25,869 nucleotides of DNA from the sequence record SRR20825019_2783; one strand, 5' to 3'. A model generated the notes under the pieces. It saw only the letters and a list, made by a program, of their open reading frames with translations. It was not told the origin of the DNA and did no database searches. How positions within the stretch are numbered: the first letter of the stretch is position 1; each line of letters begins with the position of its first letter. Shown here piece by piece: positions 8,197-17,128 of the stretch. Made by a program: the position numbers and the translations under genes.

Positions 8197-10281
8197 TCAG
8201 CGGCCGATATTGGCCACAATCCTGATTTGTTTGTCGTCCGGTATTTCGTTGTAGGACAACACGTTCAGGCCCGGAATAGAATGGCGGATAAAGCGTGAAA
8301 TCCAGCTTCTCAGCCCTGCCTGTACCACCAGGATGGCTGCATCGCCTGTCATTTCCTGTCTTTGCGTTACTTCCTGCAGATTCTTATGCATGTTCTCCGC
8401 CAGACCAGGTTCCAGGCTCGCGCCACCCTCACCGGATGCCTGCAGAGTTTTCAGCAAAATCTGTTCCAGTTCTGGATCCAGCGTAATGATCGGCAGTTCA
8501 TTATTGGTGCCGTTGATGTGCTGGATGATGGAATGGCTGAGTGCCATCCGGGTCGCAGCGGTAATCGCTTCCGGATCGGGATTACGCGCAGCCTGTTCCG
8601 AAATTGCTTCAGTAATAGTACGGATATCGCGCACCGGAATATTTTCTTCCAGCAGGTTCTGCAGCACTTTCTGTACGGTGCCCAGCGGCACGGTATCCGG
8701 CACCAGACCCTCGACCAGCTTGGGCGCGGTTTTGGCGAGGTTGTCCAGCAGGTGCTGAACTTCCTCACGGCCCATCAGATCCTGGGCATGATTATTCAGA
8801 ATCTTGCTCAGGTGTGTGGCAATAACCGTGTCAACATCCACCACGGTATAACCCTGAGCCTGAGCATGTTCGCGCTGGCTGGATTCGATCCAGACTGCGT
8901 CCAGGCCAAAGGCCGGGTCCTGGGTTTTGATGCCATCCAGAGCGCCAAATACCTGACCCGGATTAATCGCCAGCATGCGTTCCGGATGCACTTCCGCTTC
9001 ACCGAAAGTGACGCCGAAAAGTGTAATCTGATAGGTGGTCGGTGCCAGATCCAGGTTATCGCGAATATGCACCGGCGGAATCAAAAAGCCCATTTCCTGA
9101 GAGATTTTTTTACGTATGCCTTTGATACGGTTCATTAACTGGCCGCCCTGATTTTTATCGACCAGCGGAATCAGTCGGTAACCCACTTCCAGCCCAATCG
9201 GATCAACCGGGCTCAAGTCATCCCAGCTCAGCTCACGCTGTTCACGCGGTGTGTCCTGCTGCGGCTGCTGGGCCACCAGTTCGGCTGCAACGGCAGCTTT
9301 TTGACGTTGGTGAATATACCAGGCTGTGGTACCGCCAATCGCTGCCAGAATCAGGAAAGGAATGTTGGGCATGCCGGGAATCAAGCCCATGCCACCGATG
9401 ATCGCGGAGGTTATAGCGAGTGTTTTAGGGTTACTGGTGAGCTGACCGATGATCTGTTCGCCCATATCCTGTTCCTTGGTGGAACGGGTGATTAACAGAC
9501 CGGCAGCAGAGGCCAGCAATAAGGACGGGATCTGTGCGACCAGACCGTCACCGATAGTCAGCAGGGTGTAATACTGTGCTGCCTGAGCGAAAGTCAGATC
9601 ATGTTGGGCGACACCGATAATGAAACCGCCGATGATATTGATAAACAGAATCAGAATACCGGCGATGGCGTCACCACGGACAAATTTACTGGCACCGTCC
9701 ATGGAGCCGTAGAAGTCCGACTCCTGCATGATTTCCTCACGCCGGCGGCGGGCTTCATCCTGATCAATCAAACCCGCATTCAAATCGGCATCAATCGCCA
9801 TCTGTTTACCGGGCATGGAGTCCAGGGTGAAGCGGGCACTGACTTCGGCGATACGGGTGGCACCTTTGGTAACCACCACAAAGTTGATGATCACAAGGAT
9901 GGCGAACACGACGAAGCCGACGGCATAATTACCACCGATAACAAACTCGCCGAAGGCCTCAATCACATTACCGGCGGCCGCAGTGCCGGTATGCCCCTCA
10001 AGCAGGATGATGCGTGTTGAAGCGACGTTCAGGGCCAGCCTGAGCAGGGTCGCAATCAGCAGAATACTGGGGAAGGCTGCGAAGTGCAGCGGCTTGAGCA
10101 TGTAAATACTGGCCAGCACAATCACCAGCGACAGGGCGATATTGAAGGTAAACAGCATATCCAGCATGAAAGCCGGCAGCGGCAGGATTACCATGGCCAG
10201 GAGAGCCACCAGAAGCATCGGCGTAGCTAAATGTCCGTTTACTACAGAGCGAAAACGGGCAGCCAGTACGTTGTTTTCCAT
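8197..10281 (-). CDS. flhA: Flagellar export apparatus protein FlhA
   Basis: 694 aa with FHIPEP signature RFTLDSMPGKQMAIDADL and FYGSMDGASKFVRGDAIAG. AAAGGA RBS upstream. Confidence 0.98.
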   Translation of the reverse strand: MENNVLAARFRSVVNGHLATPMLLVALLAMVILPLPAFMLDMLFTFNIALSLVIVLASIYMLKPLHFAAFPSILLIATLLRLALNVASTRIILLEGHTGTAAAGNVIEAFGEFVIGGNYAVGFVVFAILVIINFVVVTKGATRIAEVSARFTLDSMPGKQMAIDADLNAGLIDQDEARRRREEIMQESDFYGSMDGASKFVRGDAIAGILILFINIIGGFIIGVAQHDLTFAQAAQYYTLLTIGDGLVAQIPSLLLASAAGLLITRSTKEQDMGEQIIGQLTSNPKTLAITSAIIGGMGLIPGMPNIPFLILAAIGGTTAWYIHQRQKAAVAAELVAQQPQQDTPREQRELSWDDLSPVDPIGLEVGYRLIPLVDKNQGGQLMNRIKGIRKKISQEMGFLIPPVHIRDNLDLAPTTYQITLFGVTFGEAEVHPERMLAINPGQVFGALDGIKTQDPAFGLDAVWIESSQREHAQAQGYTVVDVDTVIATHLSKILNNHAQDLMGREEVQHLLDNLAKTAPKLVEGLVPDTVPLGTVQKVLQNLLEENIPVRDIRTITEAISEQAARNPDPEAITAATRMALSHSIIQHINGTNNELPIITLDPELEQILLKTLQASGEGGASLEPGLAENMHKNLQEVTQRQEMTGDAAILVVQAGLRSWISRFIRHSIPGLNVLSYNEIPDDKQIRIVANIGR

Positions 10282-10316
10282 CCAATTTCCTTTAGTGCAG
10301 TGTGTCGGGATGCGCT

Positions 10317-10338
10317 GGCGCCGGCGGTGACCGGCGTC
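10317..10338. other. GC-rich hairpin in the flhB-flhA intergenic gap
   Basis: GGCGCCGG-CGGTGA-CCGGCGTC: an 8-bp arm pair with one non-Watson-Crick position (G-U on the + strand), in the largest (64 nt) gap within the fliL-motD gene run. No U-tract on the coding (-) strand. Confidence 0.4.
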
Positions 10339-10345
10339 ATTTTAG

Positions 10346-11482
10346 TCAGGCATCACGTCTTAAATCATCAGGTATCGGCAGGTCTTCTGTATTCAGATGC
10401 GGTTTGTTGCCACCTTGTTTCCGGTAGCGACGCAACTGGAAGACAAACGCCAATACCTGGGCTACTGCAATATACAGACCAGATGGAATTTCATCGCCGA
10501 TTTCGGTTGAGTAATAGACCGCCCGGGTCAGTGGTGGCGCAGACAGAATCGGCACTTCGTTATGTTCAGCAACCATTCGGATTTGCTGGGAAATCAGGTC
10601 GGCCCCCTTGGCGACGACGAGCGGCGCACCGGTTTTAGTCTGATCATATTTGAGGGCGACGGCATAATGGGTGGGGTTGGTGATAACAACATCTGCAGAC
10701 GGGATATCCTGCATCATTCTCTGTTGTGACATTTGTACCTGTAGCCGGCGGATACGACCCTTAACCTCTGGATTACCCTCGGAGTCTTTCATTTCGTCTT
10801 TGACTTCCTGTTTGGTCATCCTTAGCTGACGGCTGTGATTCCACAGCTGAAACGGTACATCAATCAATGCAATCAGAATCAGGCTGGAGGTAATCGCCAG
10901 GAACACGGTGAGCGTCAGGTATCCGAGATCGGCCATGGCGACTTCGGCTTCCTGTCGCCCCAGTGTCAATAATTGGTCACGAATACTCCACAAAATCGCC
11001 GTAGAAATGGCACCAATCAGGATAAATTTACCCAAAGCTTTGGCGAGCTCCACCAGTCCCTGTGGACCGAAAATCCGTTTCACCCCTTTCAGTGGACTCA
11101 TGCGTTCGCCCTTGGGCACCATGGCCTGGCCAGAGAAGTTCCAGCCGCCAATCAGTGCTGGCGCAGAGAGAGCGGCAATCAGCGTGACCGCCAGAAAAAT
11201 ACCGACATCAAAAGCCATAATTTCGATGCACTGAATAAAGGTGTTGAGCATGGCATCGGTATCGAATAGTTGCTTGCGGGTCAGACTGAAAGACAGCGCC
11301 ATCACCTCACCCAGATCGGCGACGATATTCTCACCGACAAAAAACAGGGTCACGGCACTGAGGATGAGCACCAGTACCGTTGTCAGTTCAGTGGAACGTG
11401 GAACCTGGCCTTTTTCACGCGCCTGTTCAAGGCGCCTCGCCGTGGGCTCTTCTGTTTTATCTTGTCCTGTTTCTTCAGCCAT
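10346..11482 (-). CDS. flhB: Flagellar export switch protein FlhB
   Basis: N-terminal DKTEEPTARRL, autocleavage motif NPTH, and MTKQEVKDEMKDSEGNPEVKGRIR. Confidence 0.98.
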   Translation of the reverse strand: MAEETGQDKTEEPTARRLEQAREKGQVPRSTELTTVLVLILSAVTLFFVGENIVADLGEVMALSFSLTRKQLFDTDAMLNTFIQCIEIMAFDVGIFLAVTLIAALSAPALIGGWNFSGQAMVPKGERMSPLKGVKRIFGPQGLVELAKALGKFILIGAISTAILWSIRDQLLTLGRQEAEVAMADLGYLTLTVFLAITSSLILIALIDVPFQLWNHSRQLRMTKQEVKDEMKDSEGNPEVKGRIRRLQVQMSQQRMMQDIPSADVVITNPTHYAVALKYDQTKTGAPLVVAKGADLISQQIRMVAEHNEVPILSAPPLTRAVYYSTEIGDEIPSGLYIAVAQVLAFVFQLRRYRKQGGNKPHLNTEDLPIPDDLRRDA

Positions 11483-12257
11483 CTTGTTCTACCAGCAAAC
11501 GTGCTGTTTGCAGCATGGTGTCACTCATATCTACTAAATGTTCACCGACGAGCGGTAAGGTCACCATGATGATCACAAAACCCAGAATGATCGTCATCGG
11601 AAAACCGATGGAGAAAGGGCTGATTTGCGGGGCAGCCCGTGACAGGATCCCGAAAGTCAGGTTGACCATCATCAGTGAACCTATCGCCGGTAATGCAATA
11701 ATGACACCAGCGGCATACATCCAGCTGGCCTGACCGGCGACATCTCGGAAATCTGTCGCAGTTAGCCCCTCGGCACCCACAGGCATGGTGCTGAAACTCT
11801 CGTTCATCACCTGTATCAGTACCAGGTGGCCATCAATCGTAATGAATAAGAGTGTGATAAGAATCAGGTAGAGCTGACTGATAACCGGCACCATGACGCC
11901 ATTCTGGGGATCAACCATCAAGGCAAAACCCAGCCCCATCTGCATCGCAATGATCTGACCGGCCACAATGAAAGCATTGAACAGCAGCTGAAGAATAAAG
12001 CCCATACAGGCACCAATCAGAATTTGCTGAGCGATGATCAACAGGCCAGTGGCACTCAGGGGATCAACCTGAGGCATTTCGGTGGAAATCCCAGGAATAA
12101 TGACCATGCTTACCGCCAGAGCTAACAGTAGGCGGGCACGGGCACTAACAAAATTACTGCTGAAAATCGGTGCCACCATCACCATGGCGGTGATACGAAA
12201 AAAAGGCCACAGGTAACTGCCCAGTGCGCCAGTGATTTCAGCAATGCTGAATTCCAT
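11475..12257 (-). CDS. fliR: Flagellar export gate protein FliR
   Basis: Hydrophobic 260 aa with AGQIIAMQMGLGFA and RAAPQISPFSIGFP. Lies between fliQ and flhB. Confidence 0.96.
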   Translation of the reverse strand: MEFSIAEITGALGSYLWPFFRITAMVMVAPIFSSNFVSARARLLLALAVSMVIIPGISTEMPQVDPLSATGLLIIAQQILIGACMGFILQLLFNAFIVAGQIIAMQMGLGFALMVDPQNGVMVPVISQLYLILITLLFITIDGHLVLIQVMNESFSTMPVGAEGLTATDFRDVAGQASWMYAAGVIIALPAIGSLMMVNLTFGILSRAAPQISPFSIGFPMTIILGFVIIMVTLPLVGEHLVDMSDTMLQTARLLVEQDG

Positions 12258-12267
12258 CTGCGTCTGC

Positions 12268-12537
12268 CTAGCCGATCAGAAACGGAATATCTTCAAACAG
12301 TCGCTTTGTAAAGCTTATCAGCATGCTCAGCATCCAGGGACCTGCTGTCATCAATACCAGCAAAGTGATAAAAAGCTTGGGAATGAAGGTCAGCGTCTGT
12401 TCGTTAATTGATGTCGCAGCCTGGAACATACTCACCAGCAGGCCGACGAACAGGGCGGGCAGCAAAATCGATGCAATCAGCACACTGATTAGCTGCAGAG
12501 TTTGTTGCATGACGGTGAGTACAGTTTCCGGAGTCAT
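12268..12537 (-). CDS. fliQ: Flagellar export gate protein FliQ
   Basis: 89 aa with MTPETV..GLLVSMFQAATSINEQTLTFIPK. Confidence 0.97.
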   Translation of the reverse strand: MTPETVLTVMQQTLQLISVLIASILLPALFVGLLVSMFQAATSINEQTLTFIPKLFITLLVLMTAGPWMLSMLISFTKRLFEDIPFLIG

Positions 12538-12542
12538 AGCAT

Positions 12543-13277
12543 TTAAATATAGAAACTTGACGCCAGGGTGCCCATCAGCAGCGCCCAGCCGTCTATTAAC
12601 ACAAACAGCATCAGTTTGAACGGCAGCGAGATCAGCATTGGTGACAACATCATCATACCCATTGCCATCAATACACTGGCAACCACCAGGTCAATGATGA
12701 GAAAAGGAATAAAGATCAGAAAGCCGATCTGAAATGCAGTTTTCAGCTCACTGGTGACGAAGGAGGGCAGCAGCAGGCTATAAGGAATATCCTCCGGTGT
12801 CTGCATTTCTTCATAGCCGCCGATAGACGCAAACAGTTCAATATCCGTTTCACGGGTCTGGGCCAGCATGAATTCCTTGAATGGGGCACCGCCACGTTCA
12901 AAAGCAGTACTGAACTCAATTTCACCGTCCATGTATGGGATCACGGCTTCGTCATAAGCCTGGCCGAAAATCGGATGCATGATAAAAATGGTCAGGAATA
13001 AGGCGAGACCAATCAAAATCTGATTCGAGGGGGTCGACTGTACCCCCATTGCCTGGCGCAGAATGGCCAGCACGATGATGATGCGGGTGAATGAGGTCAT
13101 CATCATTAACCCTGCCGGCAGTAAGGTCAGCACCGTCATCAGTGCCAGGATTTGCAGGGTCAGACTGTAGCTCTCGCCACCTTCTGTATCGGTCACGGTT
13201 AAAGCCGGTATGCCCTGTTCGGCACCCAGCGCCAACATAGGAGACAAAAGCAGTGTCAGTAAGACCAGCAGACGCAT
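12543..13277 (-). CDS. fliP: Flagellar export gate protein FliP
   Basis: N-terminal signal-like segment; motifs [27 protein letters not shown] and [14 protein letters not shown]. Confidence 0.98.
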   Translation of the reverse strand: MRLLVLLTLLLSPMLALGAEQGIPALTVTDTEGGESYSLTLQILALMTVLTLLPAGLMMMTSFTRIIIVLAILRQAMGVQSTPSNQILIGLALFLTIFIMHPIFGQAYDEAVIPYMDGEIEFSTAFERGGAPFKEFMLAQTRETDIELFASIGGYEEMQTPEDIPYSLLLPSFVTSELKTAFQIGFLIFIPFLIIDLVVASVLMAMGMMMLSPMLISLPFKLMLFVLIDGWALLMGTLASSFYI

Positions 13278-13702
13278 CAGCGTTCTCCCCGCTGTTGCAT
13301 GATCTGACGTAATTTACCGGCAAAATCCGGACGCTCTCTGCTGTCAGCAGCTAAGGGTTTTTCCAGTTTATGCAGCAGGTTGACCTGTTGCGGGGTTACG
13401 CCGAGTAGCAGCTGTTCGTCACCGATTTGAACCAGCACCGCCCGTTCGCGGGTACCCAGCGGCAGCCCGGCGATGACTCTCATTTTACCGTTGGCGGCAG
13501 TATGAAAACTGGTCGTGCGTTTAAGCAGCCAGGCAACGAGTACGATACAGCCCAGCACCAGCACCAGGCCCATCACCGTCTGCAACAGGCTCATCGCTGA
13601 TAACGGTGATTCGCTTAAAGTCCTTGCGCCTTCCTGCTTTTCGGCGGCATAGAGCGGGAATGAGAGCAGCCAGACACTGCTGCTGAGCAGACATTTTTTC
13701 AT
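13277..13702 (-). CDS. fliO: Flagellar assembly protein FliO
   Basis: Transmembrane segment followed by [24 protein letters not shown]. Lies between fliN and fliP. Confidence 0.93.
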   Translation of the reverse strand: MKKCLLSSSVWLLSFPLYAAEKQEGARTLSESPLSAMSLLQTVMGLVLVLGCIVLVAWLLKRTTSFHTAANGKMRVIAGLPLGTRERAVLVQIGDEQLLLGVTPQQVNLLHKLEKPLAADSRERPDFAGKLRQIMQQRGER

Positions 13703-13704
13703 TA

Positions 13705-14172
13705 TCAGCGTAGCTTTTTAATGCGTTCCGCCGCACTGATCACATCAGTCAGGCGAATACCGAATTTGTCATTAACCACCACGACCTCGCCGTGCGCGAT
13801 CAGGGTGTCATTCACTAATACATCCATCGGTTCACCGGCCAGACGATCCAATTCCACCACCGAACCCTGACTCAGTTGCAGCAGATTACGAATACTGATG
13901 CGGGTGCGGCCGATTTCCATTGAGATGGTGACGGGAATGTCCATGACCATGTCGAGATCGACATCTTTTCGTGGCTTGGCCTCGTCATCCAGCTGAGCGA
14001 CCGGGGCCGGGTTGGCCTGTTGCTGCTGGGCTTCGCTATCGGCCTGTTCCTGCAGTGCCTCTGCCCAGGGATCATTATCGTCACCGCCGCCGGCTTCGTC
14101 GCTCTGTTCTTCCAGCGCTGCGGCCCATTCGTCGGCCAGAGCCTGATCATCTTGTTTAGTATCTTCACTCAT
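13705..14172 (-). CDS. fliN: Flagellar motor switch (C-ring) protein FliN
   Basis: SpoA domain DIPVTISMEIGR..GSVVELDRLAGEPMDVLVN..GEVVVVNDKFGIRLTD. Confidence 0.98.
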   Translation of the reverse strand: MSEDTKQDDQALADEWAAALEEQSDEAGGGDDNDPWAEALQEQADSEAQQQQANPAPVAQLDDEAKPRKDVDLDMVMDIPVTISMEIGRTRISIRNLLQLSQGSVVELDRLAGEPMDVLVNDTLIAHGEVVVVNDKFGIRLTDVISAAERIKKLR

Positions 14173-15191
14173 TTTTTCTTACCTTTGTTCAGCTGGTAGC
14201 TCGGTGTCTGATCTTTCGGGTGTTCGATAATTTCCTGAATTTTCAGAGCCGCTTTGTCCTCGTGTTCACCATAGCTGGCACGGAACATCGGCACATCCTC
14301 CACCATGGTGACAACATGTTTTGGCATATCAATCGGTATGATATCGCCGGCCTTGAGCTTGATGATTTGTTCCAGGCTCAGCGTACTCTGTGCGAGGTTG
14401 GCCCAGAGCTCCACCTCGGCAATCTTGATTTCTTCACGCATTGCTTTGGCCCAGCGGCCGTCGTCCATTGAGCGGTCACTCTGCAGACCGGTATCCAGCA
14501 GTTCGCGAATCGGTTCCAGCATCGAATAGGGGAAGGTCACGTGGACATCACCGCCGCCGCCATCCAGTTCGACGTGGAAAGTCGAAATTACGACGACCTC
14601 ACTGGGGCTGACAATATTCGCAAATTGCGGATTCACTTCATGGCTGACAAATTCGAAGTCGACCTCCATCACCGGTGACCAGGCTTCGGTTAAATCACGG
14701 AAGCACAAGTTCAGCACCATGTTAATGACGCGCAGTTCGGTCGCTGTGAATTCACGTCCCTCGATACGTGCCTGGAAACGGCCTTCACCACCAAAATAAT
14801 TGTCGAGAATGGTGAACACCAGCTTGGGTTCCAGCACAATCAGGCCGGTGCCGCGCAGCGGGTGCAGGTGGATCAGGTTGAGACTGGTCGGCACAAACAG
14901 CGTATGAACGTATTCAGAAAATTTCATCACCTGAACGCCGCCCACCGAGATTTCCGCCGAGCGTCGCAGCATGTTAAACAGGCTAATCCGCAGATACCGG
15001 CCGAAACGTTCGTTTATCATTTCCAGCGTCGGCATCCGGCCACGAATGATTCTTTCTTCGTTACCGAAATCGTAGGGACGCGGCATGCCGGTATCCGGAT
15101 CGATATTCGATCCGGTTTCGAGTTCGCCGTCGCCCATGCCGTTCAGCAGAGCATCGACTTCATCTTGTGAGAGTATGTCGTGGACAGCCAT
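14169..15191 (-). CDS. fliM: Flagellar motor switch protein FliM
   Basis: N-terminal CheY-P binding peptide LSQDEVDALL; motifs RGRMPTLEMINERF, YFGGEG and PYSMLEPIRE. Confidence 0.98.
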   Translation of the reverse strand: MAVHDILSQDEVDALLNGMGDGELETGSNIDPDTGMPRPYDFGNEERIIRGRMPTLEMINERFGRYLRISLFNMLRRSAEISVGGVQVMKFSEYVHTLFVPTSLNLIHLHPLRGTGLIVLEPKLVFTILDNYFGGEGRFQARIEGREFTATELRVINMVLNLCFRDLTEAWSPVMEVDFEFVSHEVNPQFANIVSPSEVVVISTFHVELDGGGGDVHVTFPYSMLEPIRELLDTGLQSDRSMDDGRWAKAMREEIKIAEVELWANLAQSTLSLEQIIKLKAGDIIPIDMPKHVVTMVEDVPMFRASYGEHEDKAALKIQEIIEHPKDQTPSYQLNKGKKK

Positions 15192-15193
15192 GG

Positions 15194-15694
15194 TTATTGC
15201 ATGAGGAAGCTGGTGAAATACACTGCTTCCAACTCATTCTCCAGAGATGTTTCGGATTTCAGAATCCGGTTAATTGTTTCCAGGCAGGCCTGTTGCAATG
15301 CTTGGGTACCCTCGCTGGTCAGCAAACCGTCATAATTTTGACTGTAGAGCAGCATCAGCAATTCGTGCTGGATAGCAGGCAGGTGGGTCTTAACCGCATC
15401 AATGACCGCCTGGCTTCGCGCCATCACTTTCATTTTGACCTGCATATATCGTACCTGGCCGCCGCTTTGTTCTGAAAAATTAACAATAAACGGCTCTTCG
15501 ATCGTGTAGTAAACAGGTGCCTGTTTCACCGGCTCAGTCAGATCAGCAGGATCGTTTTCACCATTGCCTGTCAGCATAAATACGCCAAAACCAATAACCG
15601 CCAGCAACAGAACTGCAATCACAATCACCAGAATTTTGGTGGTTTTACTGTTTTTTTCTTCAGCGACGTCGATATCGTCTTGTTTTTCAGCCAT
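15194..15694 (-). CDS. fliL: Flagellar basal body-associated protein FliL (membrane-anchored)
   Basis: Charged N-terminal tail, one transmembrane helix, PFIVNF, RYMQV and C-terminal VYFTSFLMQ. Directly upstream of fliM. Confidence 0.93.
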   Translation of the reverse strand: MAEKQDDIDVAEEKNSKTTKILVIVIAVLLLAVIGFGVFMLTGNGENDPADLTEPVKQAPVYYTIEEPFIVNFSEQSGGQVRYMQVKMKVMARSQAVIDAVKTHLPAIQHELLMLLYSQNYDGLLTSEGTQALQQACLETINRILKSETSLENELEAVYFTSFLMQ

Positions 15695-15728
15695 GAACGC
15701 CTTCCGTTATTAAGGTTTGTTTTAAATT

Positions 15729-15744
15729 AGCAAAGAGTGTGCCG
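15729..15744 (-). promoter_or_regulatory. Sigma54 (RpoN) -24/-12 promoter of the fliL operon
   Basis: The minus strand reads CGGCAC-ACTCT-TTGCT, matching YGGCAC-N5-TTGCW with exact GG-N10-GC spacing. It lies 35 nt upstream of the fliL ATG, as expected for a class II polar flagellar operon. Confidence 0.85.
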
Positions 15745-16155
15745 TTATTGCAGGATGAAGCGGGTAAAGAAAACCTGCTCCAGGCCATCATTACCGGTTT
15801 CCTCAGCCAACAGGCCGCGAATCCGTTCCAGTGCCTGTTGTTGTAACAGCTCTCTACCGGCAACAGAAGTGATGGTGGCGTAACTCTGATCGGTAAACAG
15901 CAGGCGCAGGGAATCCTGAATCATCGGCAGATGGGTTTGCGCACTCTGAATAATTTCGGGGTCATCTGATTTCAAAGCCACCTTGATTTGCAGATAACGC
16001 ATCTTTTCTTCACTTTGTTTGAGGAAGTTGATGGTGAATGGATCCTCAATCGCGAAATAGGGTGAAGCGGCAGCGTCGGCAGATTCGGCTGCCTGCAGCG
16101 GCAATGACAGCATCAGACACAGGGCGAGGCAGATTGAGATGAGGGGCTGAATCAT
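15745..16155 (-). CDS. fliL: FliL-like paralogue (FliL2) with a predicted cleavable signal peptide
   Basis: 136 aa that aligns by eye with the neighbouring FliL (PFTINF/PFIVNF, RYLQI/RYMQV, THLPMIQ/THLPAIQ, VFFTRFILQ/VYFTSFLMQ). The N-terminus MIQPLISICLALCLMLSLPLQAA looks like a Sec signal. Confidence 0.85.
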   Translation of the reverse strand: MIQPLISICLALCLMLSLPLQAAESADAAASPYFAIEDPFTINFLKQSEEKMRYLQIKVALKSDDPEIIQSAQTHLPMIQDSLRLLFTDQSYATITSVAGRELLQQQALERIRGLLAEETGNDGLEQVFFTRFILQ

Positions 16156-16159
16156 TGCT

Positions 16160-16168
16160 TGCTATACT
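16160..16168 (+). promoter_or_regulatory. Candidate extended -10 sigma70 promoter for psd
   Basis: TG-C-TATACT about 75 nt upstream of the psd start. No convincing -35 element. Confidence 0.35.
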
Positions 16169-16202
16169 CCCGCTTTTGGAATTGATGAAAATAATGTTGT
16201 TG

Positions 16203-16231
16203 ATTATGACAAGCTTGCACGACAGGTTAAA
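16203..16231 (-). promoter_or_regulatory. Candidate sigma70 promoter for fliL2
   Basis: Minus strand TTTAAC-N17-CATAAT with an extended -10 TG (TGTCATAAT). Confidence 0.3.
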
Positions 16232-16242
16232 GGGGACAGCGC

Positions 16243-17127
16243 GTGGCTGACAGACCGAACAAAATTCAACGGGGCTGCAATTGGCTGGATCGTGTGCTCA
16301 CTGTCCCTCAGTATTTATTGCCGCAGCATACGCTGTCAGTGATGATGCATCGTCTGACCCAGAGTCAGGTAGGCTGGTTCAAAAACGCATTTATCCGGTT
16401 TATTTGCTGGTGGTTCAAAGTCGATCTTGATGAAGCGGCATCGCCTCACCTGCAGGACTATCGCAGTTTTAATGCTTTTTTCACCCGGCCGTTGCGGACC
16501 GGGATTCGCCCCATCGCCGAGGGCGATGAGGTGGTGGTATCACCGGTTGATGGCGCTATCAGTCAACTCGGTCCGATTGCTGACGGCCGCATAATCCAGG
16601 CCAAGGGGCGCGAATATACAGTGGAAGAACTCGTCGGTGGCGATAAAGCACTGGCCAGCCAGTTCAATCATGGGCAGTTTGCGACTATCTATCTGTCGCC
16701 CCGGGATTACCACCGTATTCATATGCCGCTGACTGGCAACCTGACCCTTATGCGCTATGTGCCCGGTAAGCTGTTCTCGGTCAATCCGCGAACCGCGAGA
16801 GCCGTCCCGCGCCTTTTTGCCCGTAATGAGCGTGTAGTGACGGTATTTGAAACGGATCTGGGCCCGGTGGTCCAGGTGCTGGTAGGCGCGATTTTTGTCG
16901 GCAGCATGGAAACGGTCTGGGCCGGTCAGATTACCCCGGCCTATGGTGACGCTGTACGTGAATGGCGTTATGCTGGTGAACAGGCTGTTCGTCTGACCAA
17001 AGGGATGGAAATGGGACGTTTCAATATGGGGTCAACGGTGATTTTACTGCTGCCACCTGGTATGAATACATTCCGACCTGACTGGCAGGCGGGTGATGTT
17101 ATCAAACTCGGACAAGCCATGAATTAA
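16243..17127 (+). CDS. psd: Phosphatidylserine decarboxylase proenzyme
   Basis: Motifs SFNAFFTRPL, SPVDG, YLSPRDYHRIHMP, RNERV and autocleavage site FNMGSTV. GTG start with GGGGA RBS. Confidence 0.96.
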   Translation: MADRPNKIQRGCNWLDRVLTVPQYLLPQHTLSVMMHRLTQSQVGWFKNAFIRFICWWFKVDLDEAASPHLQDYRSFNAFFTRPLRTGIRPIAEGDEVVVSPVDGAISQLGPIADGRIIQAKGREYTVEELVGGDKALASQFNHGQFATIYLSPRDYHRIHMPLTGNLTLMRYVPGKLFSVNPRTARAVPRLFARNERVVTVFETDLGPVVQVLVGAIFVGSMETVWAGQITPAYGDAVREWRYAGEQAVRLTKGMEMGRFNMGSTVILLLPPGMNTFRPDWQAGDVIKLGQAMN

Positions 17128-17128
17128 T

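Noticed and set aside
8362..9138. 258-aa plus-strand ORF, and the many other short alternative-frame ORFs in the track
   Set aside because: They lie wholly within well-supported genes (here antisense to flhA) and show no independent coding signal.
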